Shown here one piece after another: positions 13,310-26,288 of a DNA stretch of 64,000 nucleotides. Origin of the DNA: Camelus ferus (Eukaryota). The DNA lies in NCBI RefSeq assembly GCF_009834535.1, contig NC_045696.1:88724001-88788000 (forward strand). Direction: 5' to 3'. The notes under the pieces were generated by a model. The model searched no databases and was not told where the DNA came from. It worked only from the letters and a program-made list of their open reading frames with translations. Made by a program: the position numbers and the translations under genes. Position 1 is the first letter of the stretch, and each line of letters starts with the position of its first letter.

Positions 13310-15529
13310 CCTGGAGTGAGTTTGGGGACCCAGGGTGAGAGAAAGTAGGGCATAACCATGAAGGCAGAATTGTGAGAAACCTACAGCTTTCCAAAACACT
13401 ACAGGACCAAAAAGACAAAGACAAGGCTTTCCAATGAAAGGAGTCAGTTCAGCAAGGAGGACAAGATATTCTGGGGGTGCCGTCTAAGTGGGGGATGCTG
13501 TCCTAATTCCCAGGACAGGACGTGTATGGAGGGGACGCCGGGCAGAACCCAGGTGAGCCACCAAGATGCCTTCTGTGAAGGAACAAGGAAAGCACTTCTA
13601 AGCTAAGGATGGGAGGGGAGCTGGAGCCTGCTCTCCTAGTGACCAAGGCAATGGATAGGACAGCTCTAGTCCCAATTAGACAGTACATGAAAGTAAGAAG
13701 AAACTGGAAGGGAGCTGGAAATGACTGTACAATTTCAAACTATGTGTACATCAGAGCCAATCAGAACTGGGCAACGTGAATCTATATAACTTTCTAATCT
13801 GAAGATAATCTAAGCCCCCAGGTTCGCATACACTGTAGAGAGCTAAACTATCTCAGGTTGAGCCACCGCGGGAGAGGAAAAACACCGAAAGAGAAAGGTG
13901 CTAGAGGCAGGGGACACAGTTTGAAAAGGGAAAAAACAAAAAACAAAACAAAACAACCAACCCACTGTAGTAGTCCCCCGAGTAAATTCAGGACAGTGCA
14001 AGTTACCCCAGCACAAAGAGCCAGGCACTGCTCCGCTGGGGGACTGCACTGTGCCAAGTTCCATCACATCAACACAAGAACCCCTTGGCACATGGGAACA
14101 AACATAGTTTGAATCATTTGCTGATGTACATAAAACTTAGAAAATGTCGACGTTCTGCTTTAAACACTCCTCACGTGAAGGGTGTGGACTAGCAGTCTTA
14201 AATCGAACAGGGTTCTCTCTCCCAGGTTGCCAGAAATTAATTATTACTACTTCCCCAGCCCTGCAAGATATAAAATCCACTTACTTAAATTTTGCTTTGC
14301 TCCAAGTGCAAAATGTCCTTCAAAGCAAAGATTTTATGTTCATATTCAGAAAAGACTGGCCCTAAAATGGATAAACCTCCCAGATAAAGATCACCGATGT
14401 TTGAGATGATCTAGGGAGATACGATAAATAACCTGGTAAATATTTTTGCCTTTTCTCTCATTATACATAAAAGGAAAAATGAAAGTGCCTTATGATGTTA
14501 GTAAACATTTAGTAAATCTCATCAATCTCATATTGAAAAGGTTTGTAGGTGTATGTTTTCTCAAATAAATTATGAAATCTGACCTATAGCAAAGTATCAC
14601 ACCCTTTGAACAGGCTTTATACACAGCAATAAACAGAAAATTAAAGCTGTAAGCAGATTAAAAAAAAAAAAACTTTTGAATGAGCTCATAAGAAAATCCA
14701 TCTTATCAGAGTTTGTTTTAAAAGTTGTTTAAACTGCTAATCACAGTTCCCTACCTAAAATTAAAATACAGAAAATATGTGAAAGCCATAGACTGATAAG
14801 GATACCAGATATTCCTGTTCTGAGAATACGTTATTAACCCAAAGGAGTCTGGGTGCAGAATCAGAGGTAAAGCATTAAATAGGCTGGAAGTGAAAAGCAT
14901 CTTAGGTGAGAGTTTTAAAGATGCATGGTAATCACATGCCTGGCAAGTATAATTATCATCAGAATTGCTAAAGTAAAAGTGACCATAACTCTGGTTGTTT
15001 AAATATTCCATGTTATTCTTTCAGAGTAAACAAAGAAAAAATTTTTTTAAAACAATTCAGCAGATTATTCCATAGTGGCCCACTGGTTTTTGGCTACAAA
15101 ACATCTCTCGATACCATTTTAAGTTATTAAGAAAATCTATCTCAATATATCACGTATTTTCAGGGAAAAAAAGTACTGGGTTTTTGACAATCAGCTGAAG
15201 GTTACAAAAAATTGATATAAGTAGAACACAGGTCTCTTCCTGTTTTCCCAATCCACCACACAACAGTGACCTACAGGCAAGAATGTTAATGATACAATTA
15301 AAAGTCCTCTAAAATTAAAATTGCATAAAGGGAAAAAGCCTCAGAAGAAATCATATTTTAATATAAAAGCAGTGAAGGCTAAAAATGGTCACCTCTAAAT
15401 TGAGTAATATTTTGAGGTGATAACAGTGAGACAATTCAAATATTCTAACTATTTTTTGAATCAGTACACACTTCTTTTCTTGAAAAACTCAAGGAAAATG
15501 TAACATGAATAAAAAATAATATCCGATTA

Positions 15530-15960
15530 TTCATGCCTTCAGTAAACATTTATTGAGACCCAAATACAGGCCAAGTATCGTCCTAGGCACCGAGCATACA
15601 ATGATTAACAAAGACTCTCTGTCTTTATGAGGCTTATATTTTAGTGGAAGGAGACAGACAATACAGAAACAAAAATATGCCCGTGGATGCTGAACGGCAC
15701 AGAGAAAAATAAGCAGGGTAAGGGGGATGGGAAATACCAGGAAATCGAGGGCAAGTCCTATTTTATATATGATGGTCAGAGAAGGCTTTTCTGATAGGTG
15801 GCATAGGAACTGAGACTTGAAGGAAGTGAAGCATCAGGCCACATGGAGATCTGGGAAACATGTTCCAGGCAAAAGATCAATAAATGCAAAGGCCCTGGAG
15901 TGTGACCATACACGGACGGGGTGTTGAGAGTTAGAAAGGGTAGGCAGAGTGAGCATGCGG
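15530..15960 (-). mobile_element. L2 LINE 3' remnant
   Basis: aaacatttattgag...cctaggcac...ggcttatattttagtgg...ggtcagagaaggcttt...tgcaaaggccctg. Confidence 0.75.
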
Positions 15961-16074
15961 GTGGGGGAGGATGGGAGAAGTCCTTTGGTTTACTCTGGAC
16001 TATTCAAAGCATTTGGAATTAACTGGCTTCAGGCAGCAAAGGGTAAGAAAAGTAGGAAGTTAAAGGAGAGGAAC

Positions 16075-16265
16075 TACATTTCATCGAGCTCTCACTAAGT
16101 GGATGATAAAAGACGTTATCTCATTTAACCCACTCCCATGGCAGGTGTTGTTACACCTGTTTTACAGATGAGGCACCGAGAAGTTAGGAGACAGCTACTA
16201 AGGAGCAGAACCGAATTTAAATGCAGAGCCTTGCAACTCCAAAGTAAAAGTCCTTAATCATTACG
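16075..16265 (-). mobile_element. MIR SINE
   Basis: ttatctcatttaacc...ttttacagatgaggcaccgag...actccaaag. Confidence 0.7.
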
Positions 16266-17439
16266 TTCCTCTGTTTCCCTGAGACACCCAAAGGCACCAG
16301 CTGTAAAAGGGAGAATCTTCAAACTAACTGACGTCCCACAAAGGGAAAAGCAAAATTACACAGCAGACATCCATGTGATGCTTCTATCAGTACATTCAAG
16401 TCAGGATTTCTTCCCCCCACCCCCCAGATCACCCAAAACAAGGCACTTAACATGCCAACTGATGCAAAAGATAATTTCAAAAACCAAGAATGAAGGGCGA
16501 ATTAGGAATCAAAGTAGCAGAGATGCAGCTCAAAAACAGCTGTCACAGAGTCCAGGCAGCAATATTCTACCGCTTCCCCAAGCGCCCCTCCTACCTCCAG
16601 CCCTTGGGCAGATGCAACCTCCCAGAAAGAGGGTTATAGATATGGAAATCCAAAAGAAGACAGAGGCAAGAGATGCTTGCAGCTTTTCTTTTGCTTTGCT
16701 CCATTTTTACGTAAAGGCGTCCACACAAAAACCATATACCTTTGTTCACAATGTCCATAAAATGTTCAAAGAAAGTAGTGGAGATTTATTTTTTTAAGTA
16801 TTTCCAGACCAGCATTTTCCTTGGCTCCCAGCTTTGACTTAGGAGGAGGCTGAGAGAAGGAATGGTTTCTGGTTGGTCCCCTGATTGAAAAGATGGTATT
16901 CCCTTTCTCTGCTGTAAGTTCAGATTGAGGGTAAAGTAGTAAAGGGATTTCCCTGAGCTTGACCTCACTAGATCTTTCTCTAGGAAAATAACTAATTGAA
17001 ATCAGTAGCACTGAGCACTGGTTAGCAAAGCTACTGTGAGATCAAAGAGCTGCAGACAAAAACTAAGGGAGCCTGATGAGGCTTTTCAAAGAGGTAAGTG
17101 AGGGAAAATAAGTAGTTTTCCTAAAAGTAAAAAGATAATAAGAATACAATTAAGCAGTGACTGAAGATGGTTTAAATTCCCCTGGGGAAATGAAGTTGTA
17201 AATATGATTTGGGTTACTTTAAAACTGTTCAACATTGTGTCAAGATAAATTTACTATACTAAAGTTATTCATAAGTGTTTTATCTTCTAAACCAAATCCA
17301 GAAACACCATAAATAGGCACAAATAACATCTCTCATTTTTGCAGCCAGAGAAAAGGAGACTAGTGGGGATGCTTGGCACTGCCAAGTTGCACATCACAGT
17401 CAAAAATGGGGTCTGAGGGCTGTTTTGCTAATCTTGGAG

Positions 17440-17637
17440 CAGTGCTTCCCACCTAGAGATTTTGCTCCCTAAAAGATATGGAAATGTACAATAATTTTGT
17501 TTGTCACAACTTGGGGTAGAAGTGTCAAGCAGAAGCCAGGGATGTTGCTAAACATCCTATAATGCACAAGACAACATCCAGAACAATAAAGGATTACCCC
17601 GCCTCAAATGACAACAGTGTCCAGGTTGAGAGGTCCT
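17440..17637. mobile_element. MER20 hAT-Charlie MITE
   Basis: ttgtcacaact...gccagggatgttgctaaacatcctataatgcacaagaca...aggttgaga. Confidence 0.85.
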
Positions 17638-18607
17638 AGTCTAAAGTTAATTAGAAAAGGGAAGTGTCTGTTGTGTAAGTTAAAAAAAAAAAAAAAAAAA
17701 GAGAGAGGGAGAGAGAAAGAGAAAGTTGGTAAACTTACTGGGAAACAAATACTTACTGGTGGATCACAATTTTGAAGAAAAGGTATGGCAATACATTACA
17801 CAGTCTGCCCTCCAGGTGGTACTTTCCCATTTTCCAATCCATAAGTAATATTTGTATTTTTCCCTAGACGTGTTATTCCCTGCAGGGTGGGGCGGGGGGG
17901 TGGTTCACCAGCTACAGCAAAAGCAGCTTTTCTTTTCAGTTAGATGGCTAATTTCCCAGGTTCAACCATTGCCTTAAATCAGATCATTTAACCATCACCC
18001 CCTAGGTTTCTTCTTTCCGTAAAGTGAAAATAACACTCCTGTTCTCAGAGGGTGTTGTTGGGACTAATCAGCCCATTAAGAACTTCACGTTTTATAATGA
18101 AGACAAAAGGGGCTAAGTGTTTTCAGATGTTACAAATGATACTTGCTACTTAGAGCACTTGAAGGAAAAATAATAAAAACATGCAAATCAAACTACAAGG
18201 TGAACAACATCTCTTCCCACCCCCCGGCCAAATGCTTTTCAGTGAATATTCTGATTTTAAAATTTCATACGATTTGCATATGGCTGAAAGCTAGAGTTTT
18301 ATCAAGAGGAGAGCTGTTTGCATGAGGACACCAGTCACAGTAGGGTTCTCAAATCCCTCAGCCAACTCAGAATGCCTTTTTGCCACTCAGCAACTATCAG
18401 ATTTAATATAGTGATCATCTTTTCTCAAAGTAATCCTACAAGTAATTTGATATCCCAGACCACAGAACCTGAACATATATAAAACATTAAAACAATCCTC
18501 CCACAAGCCAAAAGTCAAATCTTCCCAGATAAAAACAGTAAGAAAATCTCCAAAATTCAACGTCTATGGAATTCCTTCATGGAAGAATTAAATTTCATGG
18601 AAATAAA

Positions 18608-19137
18608 TGTAGAGGAGCAGAATTTGCCACCTCAAAATGTGTCTTTCTGGCATATTAATTATTTTAAGCTGGTTATTTTCTAAGAAACAGCAGACATGGG
18701 GAAAACTCTGAAAACCAAGTAGGAGTTCTTTTCTAAGAAACATCTATATTTGTAAGTGAAATCTCCATCTGTAAGAGAGTCTCCCTCAACCCACCAGCAA
18801 GAGGAGCATGACCAAATCTCTACAAATTTACCAACGGAAAAAGCAACAATTTAAATCTGCATAACAATCTTACCCTTGTTTGCAATGCTCTTCCTGGGAG
18901 TAACAGACCAGATCCCTTCAACTTCAACATCCTCTTTCTTCTTGAGCTGAGGGTAGTATTTAAGGTGAAGCCTTTGGCCATTTTGGAGAGTTACTCAGTT
19001 CTTCTGGGTCTCTCCTATGTTGTACATGTTATTAAACTTTTGTTTAATTTTCTCCAGTCAATCTGTCTCATGTCAATTTAATTCTTAGACTACCCAGAAG
19101 AACCGAGAAGGGTAGAGGAAATTTCTCCTCCCAAACA
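18608..19137 (+). mobile_element. Solo LTR, MER34-like (ERV1)
   Basis: TGTAGAGGAGCAGAATTTGCCACCTCAAAA...CCCAAACA; 4-bp TSD TAAA at 18604-18607 and 19138-19141; ATTAAA polyA signal. Confidence 0.85.
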
Positions 19138-19544
19138 TAAACGTGCACACTACTTTACTGGGCTGAAATTAAATAGCATGCACACAACTCTACACATGGA
19201 AAGAAGCATCTCTCACCATATTTCCTATCACGAAACCCATTAGAAAGCTGGGAGGCGGGGAGTAGGGGAGGAGGAGGTCAGCTTTTTATTCAGCAGGGTT
19301 ACCATAGGTTACCTCACAACCAACACAGAACAACCTGAGGCAGAACCCTGTAAATGCAGCACCTGAATCATCACAATCCCTCTCTCCAGCAGTGAACTCT
19401 ATCACTATAGCCCCTCTGAGTTTGCTTGTCTGAAGAAAGGTCCCATTCAGCTCTTATGATTCTGTTTTCCTAATATTTGAAAAAGTTAACAGATTCTTGA
19501 AGACCTACAGGTTTCTAATCTTTTCTTTCTCTATATCAAAATAC

Positions 19545-19767
19545 CTTTATCTTACTCAAATAAATATCCACACTCAAGGTGATAGCACATAACTCCTCAC
19601 TCCTTAAGTGTGGGCTGCCCCTAGTAACTGCTTTTCAAAGAGTACAATATGAACATGGGTGGGTAACTTTACAGTGAAGAACACTGTTAAACACTGTCTC
19701 AGCCATATGATTAAGGTCAGCATCCACAGTCCTAAGTCAGCTTGGTTGTGTACCCATGGTATGATGG
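19545..19767 (+). mobile_element. L1MC-type 3' UTR, left part (interrupted by the ERV; resumes at 25871-25978 and 26289-26395)
   Basis: cataactcctcactccttaagtgtgggctg...taactttacagtg; the continuation aatgtcactttacctct...aatcatgagaaaaacatc follows the 3' LTR. Confidence 0.8.
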
Positions 19768-22700
19768 TGCAAAGAAAAGAATGTTGCCTGCCATTCCAGC
19801 TCTACAAGAATCAAACCATTAGCCACTACAGCTGTGCACCAACAATGCACCCTGAGGGGAATACAGGATGGAGAACAGGACACATTCTGTGCTTTGGATA
19901 TACCAGCCCCTAGATAGTTAAGATATATCGAAGGAAAAATTTCAATGACCCCAGATTCTTACATCTTCCCATACATTAAAATAAATGCTAAAATCATTAA
20001 ATTGTCCGTTATTTGTGATTAGCAGTAATCTTTTGATGTTTGACTACATGATTTTATATACATATTTTTTTTCCAGCCTCCTCCTTACCTTTGGAGCGGT
20101 TCCCCCAGAGCTATTTTAAGGGCTGTCGCCTTAGAGTCTTCAGAAAGGTCCTCGAATAAAACTTTACTTTTACATTGTGCACTTTCCTTTCAGGCCACAG
20201 GTTTGGAGACACAAAGAGACTCAGAGCAGACATCTCTCCTTTACCTGAACTCTACAAGGATCCGGAGCCTTGGCACCAGCAAGGGTACCTGTCCACCTCC
20301 TCAGGAAGTCCAGACAATTCGATGAATCTCTCCTGGACCTTACCCATTACTGGCTGATGATCTTAAGTTTTATTTGGTGGTGGATGAAAAGGAACCTGAC
20401 TCCTCAGCTGAGAGATGCTGAAGAGGACTGACCCAGGTGAAAGACATCAGGGAAAAGTGCCCCAGGTAAAAGATACTGAAGGTAACTGGTTGAAAGACTC
20501 TGGGATCTACTCAGTTGAAAGACACTGAGCCTGCTGGACTGGGTGATTAGATAGGAGGCTGGCCTAATGTCATTCCTAAACCAGGGGCATCAGAAAGCCG
20601 GTCTTCAACTAACAGATGTATGTACTATACGTAGGAAACTTACACCTGCAAGTACTAACTTAATTTGGAACTGAAGGAAAGTGCTCCCTGAAAATGGCCA
20701 AGATGGGGATCTTCTGACATGCCAAAACTGGTTTTGCATATGCAGTTAGAGAAAGCTGGCTCGATAAAACATTTCCTCAGAATTCTGACCTTAAAGGAAA
20801 AAAAAGCCCTTTTAGAAGAAGCTTGCATTTCTCTCCCTGTGCCTTGAGATGTAAATGTTCTATGTTCTACTAGTCATCTTGGGCTTTTTTTGTTTTGAGA
20901 GCTAGGTCTCTGCCATCCAGAGGGTATACATATGGTATACATTTGGAAGCCAGTCGAATAGACTGGGATTCTTAGCAGTCTTTTGGCCTGGCCATGTCAA
21001 CTTTTAGTAAACTCTTCATAAGGGGTCACAGACCATAAGGAGCCTCTGTCATCTCAACCTTCCTTGGTCCACCTGTACAACGAATGCCTTTACTTTCTTA
21101 GACTATTTTTGGGAGAAACTTTCTGAATCTTGTGAAGGCTGCATCCTTCGCACTCTCTTGTGTCTTAGTAGTCTGAGTCGCTATTAAGATGCTATTCCTC
21201 AATGGCCAGATGATCAATCCTTTAATTTGGAAACACTTCTAAATTGGTAAATTTTTAGAGAGCTCTCATTATAAACAGCTGTTTTATGGGTACCTATGAA
21301 AAGACCAAATTAAAAGGTAGATACAAAGAAATATAACAACTAACCTTAGTTTAAGACAAACAGACAAGTAAACAAAACTGCCTCAGGAACCCTTATTTGT
21401 GATCTCAGCTTCCCCTCAATGGGTCTTACAGATGCTAATAAAAACATTAGATAAATTAATGTTAATTAGGTTAACAAGGGAATAGGAAGCAGCTGAGGAA
21501 AAGTCAAGCAACTGCTTCCCATCAAGGTGAAAATTTTAAAGGGACTCACCCCAGCAAGATGAAATCTTTAAATGGTTATTAAAAAGCAGGATAAATAAGG
21601 CAGACATTGATGGGATTAACACAAAGGTTTTAATTCAATACTACCTAAGGTTTGGTGGGTCAAAGGAACCCCCTATTGGTCCTCCCAACATTAAAGGCCC
21701 CAAGCAACCCACTTTTTTTCACCCTACTTAAAAAAAAACAAAAAACTTTTAAAGGCTAAAAGAAAACTACACTGAGATACCTGACAAGCAACTGCTTGGG
21801 GCCATTAATCAAGGTAAAGATTGACCGAAGGGCCTGGGTCCCTTGGTTCAACCGCTCAGTGGGGACCCCAAAGCCTTTTATACAAATAGATAAAATGGCG
21901 GGAATAAAAGGAAAGTTTCTGGGACTCCTTCTAGGACCAATACTTGTTGATGGGATCCTAAGGAATGCTAAAGATACAAGAGTTGACACACTTGAGGTAA
22001 AAGTCTATTTTAAAACAGTGTCTTTAAATGGACTTTATGTGAGATAGCTACATCTCTTTTACCTGATTATGTTGTGGGATGGACATTATGTCTCAGCTGG
22101 GAATGCTTCCCCTGCCTAGTATTATAAGACAGGGCATATAAATCTGTCCCTCAGACAACATTAATTAAACATATTAAAGAAAACCAGCAGGGTTACCTGT
22201 TGAAGTAAAAATCAGAGTCTAATATTCAGGAGATAATAAGAGCAATAATGGAGGTTTTTTTTTTTTTTTAACCCCTAGGGTAAACTGGTCTGTTTGACTT
22301 GTGCACTCAGAAAGAGGGCCTTTGTTGAATGCCTTGTACAGACTTTTAAAGGCATGATACACTGAACCCTAAAGTTCTGTAACATAAAAACCTTTTGATT
22401 TCCAGTTTAATTGGAAATCTTCTCACTGATATAAAGCAGCAAATTTTTTTAATGTGGTTAGACAAATCAATCTCTTGATACCATTTCTGCGACAACCTAG
22501 TTCTCTGGGGAATTAAAAGTAACTGTCTTTATCTTGCAAATCTCTATCAATCAGAAGTGTAACTGCAGCCCACAGGACCTGAGACTGAGCCTAATTAGCT
22601 CAATCAAGTAGAACCTAAAACCAAAAAAAAAAAAAAAAAAAAAAAAGGAGGAAATGGCATTTTTAAACTCAAACTGCTGATTAGGCTCCCTTATCCAAAA

Positions 22701-25700
22701 TCTAATTCACAGCCTCCTTAAGGACAAATACAAATCTTAAAAGTCTCTTCTGCAAATAGTAAAAAGCCTTAGTCATCTGAGAAAATAAATTTAACTTATT
22801 CCAACTGTTACTTAAAAACCAGTAAGTTTTATAGTAAAATATCTGATTCATGACTAAGTATTAAAATGAAGCTATGAGATCTCTGGTTATGTCTGTTTCT
22901 GTATTTGCATGTCCATTAGAGATGTCTCTAGCTCCAGATAGTATTATCAAAATTAATTTGTAAAAGAGCTCTATTTAACTGACTTAAAAATAAGTGCTTA
23001 TAAATTATATATTTCTAAATGTAATAGAAACTAACCCAAATGAATTTTGAGTTCATATGATCTGAGAAATATTCGATATTAAATTAACATTCAGTTTTAA
23101 AGTTTAAATTTTTTGGTTTAATTAATACAGACATGTCTTTTATTGCACCTAGGTTTACTAAAAGTCAAATAAGGTGATATTAACTCTGTTATAAAATTTA
23201 TCAACAAGAAAAACAGCTTGGGATAAATGCTGACTTGGTCAAGTGTCTCATGAAATTTTCATGGGTGACCTAAATAATTGTTGGGAACAAATGAATTAAG
23301 TAGATATAAATAGGGTAATAACTTTCATGTGAACTCTTTAAGGATAATTATATTTTATAGTATGCCTACTTAAAAACAGTTTCTCCAAAGTTTTGATAGC
23401 TTGAAACTTTAAAGATTTGCTAAGTTAAACGATGAAAGTTCACTAAATACCTAGATCACTTCCAAATAAAATAAGACACTGAAACATTAATTATGGAACA
23501 TAAACTTCCATTTACAGAGAAACTAAAGATATTTAGGACTATTAATCAACATGATTGTTGCCACACTGAAAATTTCTCTAATAAAAACACATTTTTAGAA
23601 ATTATAAATAATATTTACTAGTTCACCAAGCTACAATATGCTAATGTAAGACAGCTCATAATTGCTTACTTCTTAGTTTTCACTAGAAATTAAGGTTTTT
23701 AAAGGTTAAGAATTCTAATTAATATATGTAATTAAGACTACTAAATTAATAAAGAAAACAGCTTTGTATGTGAAGAACAAAAAGGTATAAGGAATGGAAA
23801 TGTGTTTTGTTAAGGAAGAAGAAAGTAGTTTTGTCCTGGAGAGATAAAAAAAGAAAGGGAAAGCATAGGGCAAAATCTGAAGGTAAAAAAGGAAATTATA
23901 TAAGGTTTGTGGGACAATAACCCTGAGAAAAGAGTTTTGTGCACAGTCAGGACTAAGAGTAGAATAAAATTTAATTGAGTAAATAAATTTTAATATTAAA
24001 ACCACTGATACAAAAGTAGAATTTGGTTTTCTCGGAATATTGACCTGTTTTTGAGTATCAAAAAAACAAATTTTTTCTCTACCTTTTAAGTGACCTGTTG
24101 AACTTTCTGTATCTGTTGAATATCTTTTATTGTCACTTTGGGTAGGTAAATAAATATTGTCTCACAGTGACCTGTGATCCTATTTGACCAAGTGTTTTAA
24201 AACCTTTTGCTGTCTTTGACAAACCTCCACAAAGTCAAATTCAGAATGAAGTTCTTTTGACCTCTCGTTAATTTGAGATGCTTCAGAGGGTCCCGAAACC
24301 TCCCAAAGAGAGATAGTAAACTGATTAGTTTTATTTGGTATGTTAAATTACATGGGAAACATTGTCAAATAAGTGATATTTGGTGATAGATCTTCTTAAG
24401 TTATAGTGTATGGGTAAATGTCACTAATATAGATATTCTAGAAATTATATGGAGTTCCTAAAAATCTAGTATGCCCTGTGTGTCCTGGTATGTTACCTGT
24501 CATAGCTCTATTATTATCTTAAAATGTTATATATCATAGAAATAAATAGATTTCTTTGTCAATTGCACTGTAATCAGATCTTTACGCCATTTTAAGTCTT
24601 TTGTCATATACAGACTATCACTGTTTTCTCTGATACTTTTACAAAATAAAGGCCTTCAGGAAGATTTATAAAAAGGACTTTTTGACAAATATGTTTCTGA
24701 TGACTTTTAGATCACACCGCTGAATTGATTAAGAAATTACAAAACTCTAATGGAAAACCTACTGACTTCATTCAGATCAATAAGGATTAATTACCTGGGA
24801 CTGAATAAACATAAATATGATTTATAATTTTATGAATTTTGTCTGAAATATTACTCACTTTTAATCTTTGTTTTCCAGAAAACCTCTTCTCTTATGCTAG
24901 CTATGACCTACAGCAAGCTGATAAAGTATACCTTTGTAAATGAAGATGGAACATTTATTTTTTTCTCTCTACTTGATCCCACCAGAATTTGGCTTCTCCA
25001 GCTGGCTCCCCTTTGGATTGGAAGGTTTATCAAGATCCTGATTGCAACTAGTTATGCTAATCATTGTTTTAATTTGTTCTCTCTTTGTTGTTTTCAAACT
25101 ACTTAGGCTTTGTGTCTCTTTCTGCTGTACTATGACCTTAATCACGTTACTAGCTATATTACTTATGTCCTGTCTATAAGATTGCTCTCTTGCATTTCTC
25201 AGTGTGTAACCAGACCTCCTACAAAATTAGTGATGGCTAAATGTCTTGAGGCAATTGATCACATATATAGCTCTATATAAAATCTAGAGATGGGAAGAAG
25301 CAAAATTTCCCTGAATCATAATAGACTAGTAAGACAGATGATGCAGAGAACTTTAGGGTATTAACAGGGCTTATTCCAGATACAGCAAATGAATGGCCTA
25401 TCACCGAGACCCTCTCCTGACCTAGGTATAAGCATTCCTAGTGGAATGGGACAAACTGGTCATGAAATGCCTCCCAAATTTTGATCAAATTTCTGACCAA
25501 CAGGGGCACTATAAAGAAAAAAATGTTGTTGCCATTCTAGTTCTACAAGGATCAAGCCATTAGCCAATTCCAATGATCCCAGATTCCTGTATCTTCCCGT
25601 ACACAGAAAAGCACTAAAATCATTAACTTGAGATGTCCGTTCTTTGTGATTAGCAGCAATCTTTTGATGTTTAACTAAATGTATTTTTTCAGCAAAAACA

Positions 25701-25870
25701 AAACAAACAAAAAAAACCTATATGTATATCCTGGCTCCTCATTACCCCTTTGGAGCAGTTCCTCAGAGCTATTTAAGGGCTGTCTCCTGGGCTAGAGTCC
25801 TCAGTAAGGTCCCCAAATAAAACTTAACTCACAACTGTTACATTACGCATTTTTCCTTTAGTCATCAACA
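19768..25870 (+). mobile_element. Non-autonomous endogenous retrovirus with two LTRs (5' LTR 19768-20199, 3' LTR 25510-25870) and an AT-rich MER4-group-like interior
   Basis: Two alignable LTRs (aaagaaaa..atgttg..gccattc..tctacaag..cattagcca; ttgtgattagcag.aatcttttgatgtt; aataaaact). Degenerate PBS tggagacacaaagagac at 20204-20220, purine tract caggggcac before the 3' LTR, and gag/pro remnants with no intact ORF. Confidence 0.9.
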
Positions 25871-25979
25871 GGATAAGAATGTCACTTTACCTCTATGGTT
25901 GCCTTCCCCCAAAACCAAAACCCCGATTTAATCATGAGAAAAACATCTGACAAACCCAAATCGAGGGACATTCCACAAT

Positions 25980-26288
25980 GAGTTTTCCTGGCTGGTAATC
26001 ATACATCAATGTGCCTGGAGGATGATGCATCCTGGGGCCATGGGAGCGTCCCATTTGGGACCCTCCCAGACCTTGCCCTATGTGTCTCTCATTGGCTGGT
26101 CCTGGTTTGCATCCTTTATAATAAAACTGTAATTGTAAGTGTAGCACTTTCCCAAGCTCTGAGTCATTCTAGCAAATTATTGAACCTAAGGAGCTAGTGG
26201 AAACCCCTGAATTTATAGCTAGCTGGTCAGAAACACAGGTGGTCTGGGAACCCCAATGCTTACAGCTGGGGTCTGAATTGAGGACTGT
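25980..26288 (+). mobile_element. MER21/MER77-like LTR fragment
   Basis: gggaccctcccagaccttgccctatgtgtctctc...tataataaaactgtaat...cattctagcaaattattgaacct. Confidence 0.75.

Noticed and set aside
21796..22047. 83-aa ORF in the ERV
   Set aside because: Decayed protease remnant with the catalytic DTG lost (GLLLGP); not a functional gene.
25140..25330. Possible env TM/cytoplasmic-tail remnant before the 3' LTR
   Set aside because: Position and hydrophobicity fit, but no diagnostic ISD or CX6CC motif is readable.
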